A stretch of 64,000 nucleotides of DNA from Antedon mediterranea (lineage: Eukaryota; Animalia; Echinodermata). Below are positions 16,874 through 36,870 of this stretch, in pieces. The translations under genes were made by a program, and so were the position numbers. The stretch covers positions 25,866,070 through 25,930,069 of the forward strand of contig NC_092671.1 in NCBI RefSeq assembly GCF_964355755.1, given 5' to 3'. The notes below the pieces were generated by a model. That model had not been told where the DNA came from. It ran no database searches and saw nothing but the letters and a program-made list of their open reading frames with translations. The first letter of the stretch is position 1. Each line of letters opens with the position of its first letter.

Positions 16874-17470
16874 TGTAATGGTGATCTAATAACAGGCGTA
16901 ACAACACATAATACATATTGTAGTTTAATACTGGCTTAAATATTTTTGTTTTATATAAACTGTATTCTAAAAAATAGTTCTTTTCTAATGAAGAATCTGG
17001 GAAGTTTACAATCAAGCAACAACACCACATTCTACGTGAATTCTGCTGTACGTGAACTAGCCTTAATACCGCCTGATTACGGTATATAGGCCTATCAGTA
17101 TTAGCTTCAGAATAAATGACGACGCATTTGTTGTACCTTGATAGACAGAGCCCCAAGCAGACAGCCCACATTACAGATAATCTGTTCTGCAGCACAATAC
17201 AACTGTACAGCGGTGATTCAACTAAAAGCAGTAAAAAGATTTTGGCACACAAGGCGTATCATATAATTTGCGGACCATGACCGAAGCACTTCCGCTTCGA
17301 TCTATTCGACGAAAATCAAAAAAGGATAACTATTTTCTGCTTTATACTTAATTTAATGTAATGGTGATCTAATAACAGGCGTAACAACACATAATACATA
17401 TTGTAGTTTAATACTGGCTTAAATATTTTTGTTTTATATAAACTGTAGGCCTATTCTAAAAAATGACAAT

Positions 17471-17626
17471 TTAGAACTTAATTTTGCAATAGTACCTAAT
17501 TTGGCGCCTTAAACGCCAAATTAAGTGCGGTACCTCATTTGATTGAGGTTGATAAGTCATTTGTGGCATATAAATCCTCGGCACATAATAATATGGTGTT
17601 TCCCCGCAGTAATAGTGGTAAGCCAT
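17471..17626 (-). pseudogene. KLF 5' fragment (first 27 codons) fused in frame to spacer; 51-aa ORF without zinc fingers
   Basis: [27 protein letters not shown] + QSNEVPHLIWRLRRQIRYYCKIKF*; junction near 17541-17545. Confidence 0.75.
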
Positions 17627-18479
17627 TTCTATACGTCCCCGCACTACGATTTTTTCAAACAGAATGTGTGATTGCTAAAGCCTTGTTGGAATTTAAGGTA
17701 CAGGTGAATCATTGAATTATCATATAATTTGCGGACCATGACCGAAGCACTTCCGCTTCGATCTATTCGACGAAAATAAAAAAAAAGGATAACTATTCTC
17801 TGCTTTATACTTAATTTAATATAATGGTGATCTAATAACAGGCGTAACAACACATAATACATATTGTAGTTGAATACTGGCTTAAATATTTTTGTTTTAT
17901 ATAAACTGTATTCTAAAAAATAGTTCTTTTCTAATGAAGAATCTGGGAAGTTTACAATCAAGCAACAACACCACATTCTACGTGAATTCTGCTGTACGTG
18001 AACTAGCCTTAATACCGCCTGATTACGGTATATAGGCCTACAGTATTAGCTTCAGAATAAATGACGACGCATTTGTTGTACCTTGATAGACAGAGCCCCA
18101 AGCAGACAGCCCACATTACAGATAATCTGTTCTGCAGCACAATACAACTGTACACGCGGTGATTCAACTAAAAGCAGTAAAAAGATTTTGGCACACAAGG
18201 CGTATCATATAATTTGCGGACCATGACCGAAGCACTTCCGCTTCGATCTATTCGACGAAAATCAAAAAAGGATAACTATTTTCTGCTTTATACTTAATTT
18301 AATGTAATGGTGATCTAATAACAGGCGTAACAACACATAATACATATTGTAGTTTATTACTGGCTTAAATATTTTTGTTTTATATAAACTGTATTCTAAA
18401 AAATGACAATTTAGAACTTAATTTTGCAATAGTACCTAATTTGGCGCCTTAAACGCCAAATTAAGTGCGGTTGAGTTGT

Positions 18480-19355
<876 letters not shown>

Positions 19356-19894
19356 CTAAAGCCTTGTTGGAATTTAAGGTACAGGTGAATCATTGAATTA
19401 TCATATAATTTGCGGACCATGACCGAAGCACTTCCGCTTCGATCTATTCGACGAAAATAAAAAAAAGGATAACTATTTTCTGCTTTATACTTAATTTAAT
19501 GTAATGGTGATCTAATAACAGGCGTAACAACACATAATACATATTGTAGTTGAATACTGGCTTAAATATTTTTGTTTTATATAAACTGTATTCTAAAAAA
19601 TAGTTCTTTTCTAATGAAGAATCTGGGAAGTTTACAATCAAGCAACAACACCACATTCTACGTGAATTCTGCTGTACGTGAACTAGCCTTAATACCGCCT
19701 GATTACGGTATATAGGCCTACAGTATTAGCTTCAGAATAAATGACGACGCATTTGTTGTACCTTGATAGACAGAGCCCCAAGCAGACAGCCCACATTACA
19801 GATAATCTGTTCTGCAGCACAATACAACATTTAATTAATAATATACTGAAATAAATTCGAGAAAACATTAACTTATTGTGTTTTGTTTTATTTA

Positions 19895-20386
19895 GTGCGA
19901 GAACATCAGCGAATAGCGACGTCTTTAGGTTGGTCTTGAAACTGTTTTGACTAGTTGAGCATTTAACTGTTGCTGGTAAGCTGTTCCATACACTTGCGGC
20001 CGCAACGTAAAAAGATCTCTGACCCCACTGATTTTTCGCTCTACGCTCTTGAAGAAGGTTTTGTGACAATGATCGTAGGCCTCTGCGGGATGATTCGTAA
20101 CGATCCACAAGGTCAGATAAATAAGCAGGAGCACTGTAATTTAGGATCTTGAATACAAACAACGCAAGTTTGTACTTAATACGTTGTTGAACAGGCAACC
20201 AATGCAAATCCATCAGGACAGGAGTTATGTGAGCGTTTGATTTTGTATAAGTTACAATTCTAGCTGCCATATTTTGCAAGCGCTGCAAACGTTGTATTTG
20301 AGATTTTGGTATGCCAAACAACAAGGCATTACCAATGTCAATTTTAGAAGTGACAAATGAGTGTACAATCAATTCAGCTGTTTTCT
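19895..20386 (-). mobile_element. Second, 3'-clipped copy of the same LINE fragment, made by a 3513-bp tandem duplication
   Basis: Matches 16382-16873 with the same 5' junction; lacks stop, 3' UTR and tail. Confidence 0.87.
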
Positions 20387-20983
20387 TGTAATGGTGATCT
20401 AATAACAGGCGTAACAACACATAATACATATTGTAGTTTAATACTGGCTTAAATATTTTTGTTTTATATAAACTGTATTCTAAAAAATAGTTCTTTTCTA
20501 ATGAAGAATCTGGGAAGTTTACAATCAAGCAACAACACCACATTCTACGTGAATTCTGCTGTACGTGAACTAGCCTTAATACCGCCTGATTACGGTATAT
20601 AGGCCTATCAGTATTAGCTTCAGAATAAATGACGACGCATTTGTTGTACCTTGATAGACAGAGCCCCAAGCAGACAGCCCACATTACAGATAATCTGTTC
20701 TGCAGCACAATACAACTGTACAGCGGTGATTCAACTAAAAGCAGTAAAAAGATTTTGGCACACAAGGCGTATCATATAATTTGCGGACCATGACCGAAGC
20801 ACTTCCGCTTCGATCTATTCGACGAAAATCAAAAAAGGATAACTATTTTCTGCTTTATACTTAATTTAATGTAATGGTGATCTAATAACAGGCGTAACAA
20901 CACATAATACATATTGTAGTTTAATACTGGCTTAAATATTTTTGTTTTATATAAACTGTAGGCCTATTCTAAAAAATGACAAT

Positions 20984-21139
20984 TTAGAACTTAATTTTGC
21001 AATAGTACCTAATTTGGCGCCTTAAACGCCAAATTAAGTGCGGTACCTCATTTGATTGAGGTTGATAAGTCATTTGTGGCATATAAATCCTCGGCACATA
21101 ATAATATGGTGTTTCCCCGCAGTAATAGTGGTAAGCCAT
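20984..21139 (-). pseudogene. KLF 5' fragment fusion ORF (51 aa), second copy
   Basis: Matches 17471-17626 at offset 3513. Confidence 0.75.
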
Positions 21140-21992
21140 TTCTATACGTCCCCGCACTACGATTTTTTCAAACAGAATGTGTGATTGCTAAAGCCTTGTT
21201 GGAATTTAAGGTACAGGTGAATCATTGAATTATCATATAATTTGCGGACCATGACCGAAGCACTTCCGCTTCGATCTATTCGACGAAAATAAAAAAAAAG
21301 GATAACTATTCTCTGCTTTATACTTAATTTAATATAATGGTGATCTAATAACAGGCGTAACAACACATAATACATATTGTAGTTGAATACTGGCTTAAAT
21401 ATTTTTGTTTTATATAAACTGTATTCTAAAAAATAGTTCTTTTCTAATGAAGAATCTGGGAAGTTTACAATCAAGCAACAACACCACATTCTACGTGAAT
21501 TCTGCTGTACGTGAACTAGCCTTAATACCGCCTGATTACGGTATATAGGCCTACAGTATTAGCTTCAGAATAAATGACGACGCATTTGTTGTACCTTGAT
21601 AGACAGAGCCCCAAGCAGACAGCCCACATTACAGATAATCTGTTCTGCAGCACAATACAACTGTACACGCGGTGATTCAACTAAAAGCAGTAAAAAGATT
21701 TTGGCACACAAGGCGTATCATATAATTTGCGGACCATGACCGAAGCACTTCCGCTTCGATCTATTCGACGAAAATCAAAAAAGGATAACTATTTTCTGCT
21801 TTATACTTAATTTAATGTAATGGTGATCTAATAACAGGCGTAACAACACATAATACATATTGTAGTTTATTACTGGCTTAAATATTTTTGTTTTATATAA
21901 ACTGTATTCTAAAAAATGACAATTTAGAACTTAATTTTGCAATAGTACCTAATTTGGCGCCTTAAACGCCAAATTAAGTGCGGTTGAGTTGT

Positions 21993-22874
<882 letters not shown>

Positions 22875-23679
22875 CTAAAGCCTTGTTGGAATTTAAGGTA
22901 CAGGTGAATCATTGAATTATCATATAATTTGCGGACCATGACCGAAGCACTTCCGCTTCGATCTATTCGACGAAAATAAAAAAAAGGATAACTATTTTCT
23001 GCTTTATACTTAATTTAATGTAATGGTGATCTAATAACAGGCGTAACAACACATAATACATATTGTAGTTGAATACTGGCTTAAATATTTTTGTTTTATA
23101 TAAACTGTATTCTAAAAAATAGTTCTTTTCTAATGAAGAATCTGGGAAGTTTACAATCAAGCAACAACACCACATTCTACGTGAATTCTGCTGTACGTGA
23201 ACTAGCCTTAATACCGCCTGATTACGGTATATAGGCCTACAGTATTAGCTTCAGAATAAATGACGACGCATTTGTTGTACCTTGATAGACAGAGCCCCAA
23301 GCAGACAGCCCACATTACAGATAATCTGTTCTGCAGCACAATACAACATTTAATTAATAATATACTGAAATAAATTCGAGAAAACATTAACTTATTGTGT
23401 TTTGTTTTATTTATTGATCGTTGTTTATCGTTTGTAAACCACAGAAAACCACAACTATAAAGAATAAAACATAAATTCACAAAATGCAACAAATTAATAC
23501 AGTATTTGCGAGTGCAATCATGAAACATTAATATTATAAGTACTTTATCGAAACATATAAAAATAATTGTGCAGATAATAGCACGTTGATATAAAATTCG
23601 TTCTATTTACAAGGAATTCATTTAATATTTAAATTTATTTCAAACGAGTTTTATCCGGAAGATTCGGTAATTGAGTTAT

Positions 23680-23982
<303 letters not shown>

Positions 23983-25350
23983 CTAAAGCCTTGTTGGAAT
24001 TTAAGGTACAGGTGAATCATTGAATTATCATATAATTTGCGGACCATGACCGAAGCACTTCCGCTTCGATCTATTCGACGAAAATAAAAAAAAGGATAAC
24101 TATTTTCTGCTTTATACTTAATTTAATGTAATGGTGATCTAATAACAGGCGTAACAACACATAATACATATTGTAGTTGAATACTGGCTTAAATATTTTT
24201 GTTTTATATAAACTGTATTCTAAAAAATAGTTCTTTTCTAATGAAGAATCTGGGAAGTTTACAATCAAGCAACAACACCACATTCTACGTGAATTCTGCT
24301 GTACGTGAACTAGCCTTAATACCGCCTGATTACGGTATATAGGCCTACAGTATTAGCTTCAGAATAAATGACGACGCATTTGTTGTACCTTGATAGACAG
24401 AGCCCCAAGCAGACAGCCCACATTACAGATAATCTGTTCTGCAGCACAATACAACTGTACACGCGGTGATTCAACTAAAAGCAGTAAAAAGATTTTGGCA
24501 CACAAGGCGTATCATATAATTTGCGGACCATGACCGAAGCACTTCCGCTTCGATCTATTCGACGAAAATCAAAAAAAGCATAACTATTTTCTGCTTTATA
24601 CTTAATTTAATGTAATGGTGATCTAATAACAGGCGTAACAACACATAATACATATTGTAGTTTAATACTGGCTTAAATATTTTTGTTTTATATAAACTGT
24701 ATTCTAAAAAATGACAATTTAGAACTTAATTTTGCAATAGTACCTAATTTGGCGCCTTAAACGCCAAATTAAGTGCGGTACCTCATTTGGCAGTGGTACC
24801 TCATTTGGCGTGACACTCCTACTGTTCTGTATCCCGTTTGTCTTAATTTCCAAGTAAAAATGAGGTACCACCACGTAACTCCTTATGATTAGGCCTATTA
24901 TCATAGAAGAGTACTATACGGACGTCGTACCTGGAAATCACGAGAATTCAGTGTTTGTTGACCAATCATTTTTTAAAGAGCCGTATCTGACCATTGCATT
25001 GCCCTGTCTGTAAAATTACAGCAGGCCTACTTTATATTATTGTGTTTTCCCTGTTTATCGATACCATGAAGGAAAACGTTTTTGTTCAATCAGAAAATTT
25101 TGCGAGATTTTTTTAATGGATATTATAATTTATCAAAAAAGGATAACTATTTTCTGCTTTATACTTAATTTAATGTAATGGTGATCTAATAACAGGCGTA
25201 ACAACACATAATACATATTGTAGTTTATTACTGGCTTAAATATTTTTGTTTTATATAAACTGTATTCTAAAAAATGACAATTTAGAACTTAATTTTGCAA
25301 TAGTACCTAATTTGGCGCCTTAAACGCCAAATTAAGTGCGGTTGAGTTGT

Positions 25351-26226
<876 letters not shown>

Positions 26227-27031
26227 CTAAAGCCTTGTTGGAATTTAAGGTACAGGTGAATCATTGAATTATCATATAATTTGCGGACCATGACCGAAGC
26301 ACTTCCGCTTCGATCTATTCGACGAAAATAAAAAAAAGGATAACTATTTTCTGCTTTATACTTAATTTAATGTAATGGTGATCTAATAACAGGCGTAACA
26401 ACACATAATACATATTGTAGTTGAATACTGGCTTAAATATTTTTGTTTTATATAAACTGTATTCTAAAAAATAGTTCTTTTCTAATGAAGAATCTGGGAA
26501 GTTTACAATCAAGCAACAACACCACATTCTACGTGAATTCTGCTGTACGTGAACTAGCCTTAATACCGCCTGATTACGGTATATAGGCCTACAGTATTAG
26601 CTTCAGAATAAATGACGACGCATTTGTTGTACCTTGATAGACAGAGCCCCAAGCAGACAGCCCACATTACAGATAATCTGTTCTGCAGCACAATACAACA
26701 TTTAATTAATAATATACTGAAATAAATTCGAGAAAACATTAACTTATTGTGTTTTGTTTTATTTATTGATCGTTGTTTATCGTTTGTAAACCACAGAAAA
26801 CCACAACTATAAAGAATAAAACATAAATTCACAAAATGCAACAAATTAATACAGTATTTGCGAGTGCAATCATGAAACATTAATATTATAAGTACTTTAT
26901 CGAAACATATAAAAATAATTGTGCAGATAATAGCACGTTGATATAAAATTCGTTCTATTTACAAGGAATTCATTTAATATTTAAATTTATTTCAAACGAG
27001 TTTTATCCGGAAGATTCGGTAATTGAGTTAT

Positions 27032-27334
<303 letters not shown>

Positions 27335-28410
27335 CTAAAGCCTTGTTGGAATTTAAGGTACAGGTGAATCATTGAATTATCATATAATTTGCGGACCATG
27401 ACCGAAGCACTTCCGCTTCGATCTATTCGACGAAAATAAAAAAAAGGATAACTATTTTCTGCTTTATACTTAATTTAATGTAATGGTGATCTAATAACAG
27501 GCGTAACAACACATAATACATATTGTAGTTGAATACTGGCTTAAATATTTTTGTTTTATATAAACTGTATTCTAAAAAATAGTTCTTTTCTAATGAAGAA
27601 TCTGGGAAGTTTACAATCAAGCAACAACACCACATTCTACGTGAATTCTGCTGTACGTGAACTAGCCTTAATACCGCCTGATTACGGTATATAGGCCTAC
27701 AGTATTAGCTTCAGAATAAATGACGACGCATTTGTTGTACCTTGATAGACAGAGCCCCAAGCAGACAGCCCACATTACAGATAATCTGTTCTGCAGCACA
27801 ATACAACTGTACACGCGGTGATTCAACTAAAAGCAGTAAAAAGATTTTGGCACACAAGGCGTATCATATAATTTGCGGACCATGACCGAAGCACTTCCGC
27901 TTCGATCTATTCGACGAAAATCAAAAAAGGATAACTATTTTCTGCTTTATACTTAATTTAATGTAATGGTGATCTAATAACAGGCGTAACAACACATAAT
28001 ACATATTGTAGTTTAATACTGGCTTAAATATTTTTGTTTTATATAAACTGTATTCTAAAAAATGACAATTTAGAACTTAATTTTGCAATAGTACCTAATT
28101 TGGCGCCTTAAACGCCAAATTAAGTGCGGTACCTCATTTGGCAGTGGTACCTCATTTGGCGTGACACTCCTACTGTTCTGTATCCCGTTTGTCTTAATTT
28201 CCAAGTAAAAATGAGGTACCACCACGTAACTCCTTATGATTAGGCCTATTATCATAGAAGAGTACTATACGGACGTCGTACCTGGAAATCACGAGAATTC
28301 AGTGTTTGTTGACCAATCATTTTTTAAAGAGCCGTATCTGACCATTGCATTGCCCTGTCTGTAAAATTACAGCAGGCCTACTTTATATTATTGTGTTTTC
28401 CCTGTTTATC

Positions 28411-28872
28411 GATACCATGAAGGAAAACGTTTTTGTTCAATCAGAAAATTTTGCGAGATTTTTTTAATGGATATTATAATTTATAGTTACAGTTAGTCAC
28501 CTGATTTTTGTGGCAAATCATTAATAGTTTTGACATTGTTAGGGTTAGGGACTATAAGACAGATTTTGGTTGCATGATTGTGGAAAACCATCAATGTGGG
28601 TTTTTCTTCATACAAGCTACAGCCAAAATATAATAGGGGTAGATACCATGAAGGAAAACGTTTTTGTTCAATCAGAAAATTTTGCGAGATTTTTTTAATG
28701 GATATTATAATTTATAGTTACAGTTAGTCACCTGATTTTTGTGGCAAATCATTAATAGTTTTGACATTGTTAGGGTTAGGGACTATAAGACAGATTTTGG
28801 TTGCATGATTGTGGAAAACCATCAATGTGGGTTTTTCTTCATACAAGCTACAGCCAAAATATAATAGGGGTA
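28411..28872. repeat. Local 231-bp tandem duplication in the spacer
   Basis: gataccatgaagg at 28411 and 28642; junction ggggta|gatacc. Confidence 0.85.
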
Positions 28873-29284
28873 TATATTTTTTCAAAGTCATCGTCAAACT
28901 CTGAGAGTCAATACAGTATTTCAAACGCATTCTTTCACCTCTAATTGCTCACATTTAATTAATAATATACTGAAATAAATTCGAGAAAACATTAACTTAT
29001 TGTGTTTTGTTTTATTTATTGATCGTTGTTTATCGTTTGTAAACCACAGAAAACCACAACTATAAAGAATAAAACATAAATTCACAAAATGCAACAAATT
29101 AATACAGTATTTGCGAGTGCAATCATGAAACATTAATATTATAAGTACTTTATCGAAACATATAAAAATAATTGTGCAGATAATAGCACGTTGATATAAA
29201 ATTCGTTCTATTTACAAGGAATTCATTTAATATTTAAATTTATTTCAAACGAGTTTTATCCGGAAGATTCGGTAATTGAGTTGT

Positions 29285-29587
<303 letters not shown>

Positions 29588-30392
29588 CTAAAGCCTTGTT
29601 GGAATTTAAGGTACAGGTGAATCATTGAATTATCATATAATTTGCGGACCATGACCGAAGCACTTCCGCTTCGATCTATTCGACGAAAATAAAAAAAAGG
29701 ATAACTATTTTCTGCTTTATACTTAATTTAATGTAATGGTGATCTAATAACAGGCGTAACAACACATAATACATATTGTAGTTGAATACTGGCTTAAATA
29801 TTTTTGTTTTATATAAACTGTATTCTAAAAAATAGTTCTTTTCTAATGAAGAATCTGGGAAGTTTACAATCAAGCAACAACACCACATTCTACGTGAATT
29901 CTGCTGTACGTGAACTAGCCTTAATACCGCCTGATTACGGTATATAGGCCTACAGTATTAGCTTCAGAATAAATGACGACGCATTTGTTGTACCTTGATA
30001 GACAGAGCCCCAAGCAGACAGCCCACATTACAGATAATCTGTTCTGCAGCACAATACAACATTTAATTAATAATATACTGAAATAAATTCGAGAAAACAT
30101 TAACTTATTGTGTTTTGTTTTATTTATTGATCGTTGTTTATCGTTTGTAAACCACAGAAAACCACAACTATAAAGAATAAAACATAAATTCACAAAATGT
30201 AACAAATTAATACAGTATTTGCGAGTGCAATCATGAAACATTAATATTATAAGTACTTTATCGAAACATATAAAAATAATTGTGCAGATAATAGCACGTT
30301 GATATAAAATTCGTTCTATTTACAAGGAATTCATTTAATATTTAAATTTATTTCAAACGAGTTTTATCCGGAAGATTCGGTAATTGAGTTGT

Positions 30393-30695
<303 letters not shown>

Positions 30696-30738
30696 CTAAA
30701 GCCTTGTTGGAATTTAAGGTACAGGTGAATCATTGAAT

Positions 30739-31908
30739 TATCATATAATTTGCGGACCATGACCGAAGCACTTCCGCTTCGATCTATTCGACGAAAATAA
30801 AAAAAAGGATAACTATTTTCTGCTTTATACTTAATTTAATGTAATGGTGATCTAATAACAGGCGTAACAACACATAATACATATTGTAGTTGAATACTGG
30901 CTTAAATATTTTTGTTTTATATAAACTGTATTCTAAAAAATAGTTCTTTTCTAATGAAGAATCTGGGAAGTTTACAATCAAGCAACAACACCACATTCTA
31001 CGTGAATTCTGCTGTACGTGAACTAGCCTTAATACCGCCTGATTACGGTATATAGGCCTACAGTATTAGCTTCAGAATAAATGACGACGCATTTGTTGTA
31101 CCTTGATAGACAGAGCCCCAAGCAGACAGCCCACATTACAGATAATCTGTTCTGCAGCACAATACAACTGTACACGCGGTGATTCAACTAAAAGCAGTAA
31201 AAAGATTTTGGCACACAAGGCGTATCATATAATTTGCGGACCATGACCGAAGCACTTCCGCTTCGATCTATTCGACGAAAATAAAAAAAAGGATAACTAT
31301 TTTCTGCTTTATACTTAATTTAATGTAATGGTGATCTAATAACAGGCGTAACAACACATAATACATATTGTAGTTGAATACTGGCTTAAATATTTTTGTT
31401 TTATATAAACTGTATTCTAAAAAATAGTTCTTTTCTAATGAAGAATCTGGGAAGTTTACAATCAAGCAACAACACCACATTCTACGTGAATTCTGCTGTA
31501 CGTGAACTAGCCTTAATACCGCCTGATTACGGTATATAGGCCTACAGTATTAGCTTCAGAATAAATGACGACGCATTTGTTGTACCTTGATAGACAGAGC
31601 CCCAAGCAGACAGCCCACATTACAGATAATCTGTTCTGCAGCACAATACAACTGTACACGCGGTGATTCAACTAAAAGCAGTAAAAAGATTTTGGCACAC
31701 AAGGCGTATCATATAATTTGCGGACCATGACCGAAGCACTTCCGCTTCGATCTATTCGACGAAAATCAAAAAAGGATAACTATTTTCTGCTTTATACTTA
31801 ATTTAATGTAATGGTGATCTAATAACAGGCGTAACAACACATAATACATATTGTAGTTTATTACTGGCTTAAATATTTTTGTTTTATATAAACTGTATTC
31901 TAAAAAAT
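30739..31908. repeat. 484-bp spacer tandem unit (about 2.4 copies); whole or partial copies sit upstream of every KLF copy
   Basis: Unit starts at 30739, 31223 and 31707; same arrangement after the mini copies at 41914 and 44970. Confidence 0.92.
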
Positions 31909-33448
31909 GACAATTTAGAACTTAATTTTGCAATAGTACCTAATTTGGCGCCACGTAACTCCTTATGATTAGGCCTATTATCATAGAAGAGTACTATACG
32001 GACGTCGTACCTGGAAATCTCGAGAATTCAGTGTTTGTTGACCAATCATTTTTTAAAGAGCCGTATCTGACCATTGCATTGCCCTGTCTGTAAAATTACA
32101 GCAGGCCTACTTTATATTATTGTGTTTTCCCTGTTTATCGATACCATGAAGGAAAACGTTTTTGTTCAATCAGAAAATTTTGCGAGATTTTTTTAATGGA
32201 TATTATAATTTATAGTTACAGTTAGTCACCTGATTTTTGTGGCAAATCATTAATAGTTTTGACATTGTTAGGGTTAGGGACTATAAGACAGATTTTGGTT
32301 GCATGATTGTGGAAAACCATCAATGTGGGTTTTTCTTCATACAAGCTACAGCCAAAATATAATAGGGGTATATATTTTTTCAAAGTCATCGTCAAACTCT
32401 GAGAGTCAATACAGTATTTCAAACGCATTCTTTCACCTCTAATTGCTCACATTTAATTAATAATATACTGAAATAAATTCGAGAAAACATTAACTTATTG
32501 TGTTTTGTTTTATTTATTGATCGTTGTTTATCGTTTGTAAACCACAGAAAACCACAACTATAAAGAATAAAACATAAATTCACAAAATGCAACAAATTAA
32601 TACAGTATTTGCGAGTGCAATCATGAAACATTAATATTATAAGTACTTTATCGAAACATATTTAAGGTACAGGTGAATCATTGAATTATCATATAATTTG
32701 CGGACCATGACCGAAGCACTTCCGCTTCGATCTATTCGACGAAAATAAAAAAAAGGATAACTATTTTCTGCTTTATACTTAATTTAATGTAATGGTGATC
32801 TAATAACAGGCGTAACAACACATAATACATATTGTAGTTGAATACTGGCTTAAATATTTTTGTTTTATATAAACTGTATTCTAAAAAATAGTTCTTTTCT
32901 AATGAAGAATCTGGGAAGTTTACAATCAAGCAACAACACCACATTCTACGTGAATTCTGCTGTACGTGAACTAGCCTTAATACCGCCTGATTACGGTATA
33001 TAGGCCTACAGTATTAGCTTCAGAATAAATGACGACGCATTTGTTGTACCTTGATAGACAGAGCCCCAAGCAGACAGCCCACATTACAGATAATCTGTTC
33101 TGCAGCACAATACAACATTTAATTAATAATATACTGAAATAAATTCGAGAAAACATTAACTTATTGTGTTTTGTTTTATTTATTGATCGTTGTTTATCGT
33201 TTGTAAACCACAGAAAACCACAACTATAAAGAATAAAACATAAATTCACAAAATGTAACAAATTAATACAGTATTTGCGAGTGCAATCATGAAACATTAA
33301 TATTATAAGTACTTTATCGAAACATATAAAAATAATTGTGCAGATAATAGCACGTTGATATAAAATTCGTTCTATTTACAAGGAATTCATTTAATATTTA
33401 AATTTATTTCAAACGAGTTTTATCCGGAAGATTCGGTAATTGAGTTGT

Positions 33449-33751
<303 letters not shown>

Positions 33752-34545
33752 CTAAAGCCTTGTTGGAATTTAAGGTACAGGTGAATCATTGAATTATCAT
33801 ATAATTTGCGGACCATGACCGAAGCACTTCCGCTTCGATCTATTCGACGAAAATAAAAAAAAGGATAACTATTTTCTGCTTTATACTTAATTTAATGTAA
33901 TGGTGATCTAATAACAGGCGTAACAACACATAATACATATTGTAGTTGAATACTGGCTTAAATATTTTTGTTTTATATAAACTGTATTCTAAAAAATAGT
34001 TCTTTTCTAATGAAGTTTACAATCAAGCAACAACACCACATTCTACGTGAATTCTGCTGTACGTGAACTAGCCTTAATACCGCCTGATTACGGTATATAG
34101 GCCTACAGTATTAGCTTCAGAATAAATGACGACGCATTTGTTGTACCTTGATAGACAGAGCCCCAAGCAGACAGCCCACATTACAGATAATCTGTTCTGC
34201 AGCACAATACAACATTTAATTAATAATATACTGAAATAAATTCGAGAAAACATTAACTTATTGTGTTTTGTTTTATTTATTGATCGTTGTTTATCGTTTG
34301 TAAACCACAGAAAACCACAACTATAAAGAATAAAACATAAATTCACAAAATGCAACAAATTAATACAGTATTTGCGAGTGCAATCATGAAACATTAATAT
34401 TATAAGTACTTTATCGAAACATATAAAAATAATTGTGCAGATAATAGCACGTTGATATAAAATTCGTTCTATTTACAAGGAATTCATTTAATATTTAAAT
34501 TTATTTCAAACGAGTTTTATCCGGAAGATTCGGTAATTGAGTTGT

Positions 34546-34848
<303 letters not shown>

Positions 34849-36567
34849 CTAAAGCCTTGTTGGAATTTAAGGTACAGGTGAATCATTGAATTATCATATA
34901 ATTTGCGGACCATGACCGAAGCACTTCCGCTTCGATCTATTCGACGAAAATAAAAAAAAGGATAACTATTTTCTGCTTTATACTTAATTTAATGTAATGG
35001 TGATCTAATAACAGGCGTAACAACACATAATACATATTGTAGTTGAATACTGGCTTAAATATTTTTGTTTTATATAAACTGTATTCTAAAAAATAGTTCT
35101 TTTCTAATGAAGAATCTGGGAAGTTTACAATCAAGCAACAACACCACATTCTACGTGAATTCTGCTGTACGTGAACTAGCCTTAATACCGCCTGATTACG
35201 GTATATAGGCCTACAGTATTAGCTTCAGAATAAATGACGACGCATTTGTTGTACCTTGATAGACAGAGCCCCAAGCAGACAGCCCACATTACAGATAATC
35301 TGTTCTGCAGCACAATACAACTGTACACGCGGTGATTCAACTAAAAGCAGTAAAAAGATTTTGGCACACAAGGCGTATCATATAATTTGCGGACCATGAC
35401 CGAAGCACTTCCGCTTCGATCTATTCGACGAAAATCAAAAAAGGATAACTATTTTCTGCTTTATACTTAATTTAATGTAATGGTGATCTAATAACAGGCG
35501 TAACAACACATAATACATATTGTAGTTTAATACTGGCTTAAATATTTTTGTTTTATATAAACTGTATTCTAAAAAATGACAATTTAGAACTTAATTTTGC
35601 AATAGTACCTAATTTGGCGCCTTAAACGCCAAATTAAGTGCGGTACCTCATTTGGCAGTGGTACCTCATTTGGCGTGACACTCCTACTGTTCTGTATCCC
35701 GTTTGTCTTAATTTCCAAGTAAAAATGAGGTACCACCACGTAACTCCTTATGATTAGGCCTATTATCATAGAAGAGTACTATACGGACGTCGTACCTGGA
35801 AATCTCGAGAATTCAGTGTTTGTTGACCAATCATTTTTTAAAGAGCCGTATCTGACCATTGCATTGCCCTGTCTGTAAAATTACAGCAGGCCTACTTTAT
35901 ATTATTGTGTTTTCCCTGTTTATCGATACCATGAAGGAAAACGTTTTTGTTCAATCAGAAAATTTTGCGAGATTTTTTTAATGGATATTATAATTTATAG
36001 TTACAGTTAGTCACCTGATTTTTGTGGCAAATCATTAATAGTTTTGACATTGTTAGGGTTAGGGACTATAAGACAGATTTTGGTTGCATGATTGTGGAAA
36101 ACCATCAATGTGGGTTTTTCTTCATACAAGCTACAGCCAAAATATAATAGGGGTATATATTTTTTCAAAGTCATCGTCAAACTCTGAGAGTCAATACAGT
36201 ATTTCAAACGCATTCTTTCACCTCTAATTGCTCACATTTAATTAATAATATACTGAAATAAATTCGAGAAAACATTAACTTATTGTGTTTTGTTTTATTT
36301 ATTGATCGTTGTTTATCGTTTGTAAACCACAGAAAACCACAACTATAAAGAATAAAACATAAATTCACAAAATGCAACAAATTAATACAGTATTTGCGAG
36401 TGCAATCATGAAACATTAATATTATAAGTACTTTATCGAAACATATAAAAATAATTGTGCAGATAATAGCACGTTGATATAAAATTCGTTCTATTTACAA
36501 GGAATTCATTTAATATTTAAATTTATTTCAAACGAGTTTTATCCGGAAGATTCGGTAATTGAGTTGT

Positions 36568-36870
<303 letters not shown>

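Noticed and set aside
16374-17252. 292-aa and 358-aa (19689-20765) ORFs as novel chimeric proteins
   Set aside because: Chance in-frame join of a LINE fragment with spacer. The spacer frame is broken by indels in many sister units, and no complete RT or endonuclease is present.
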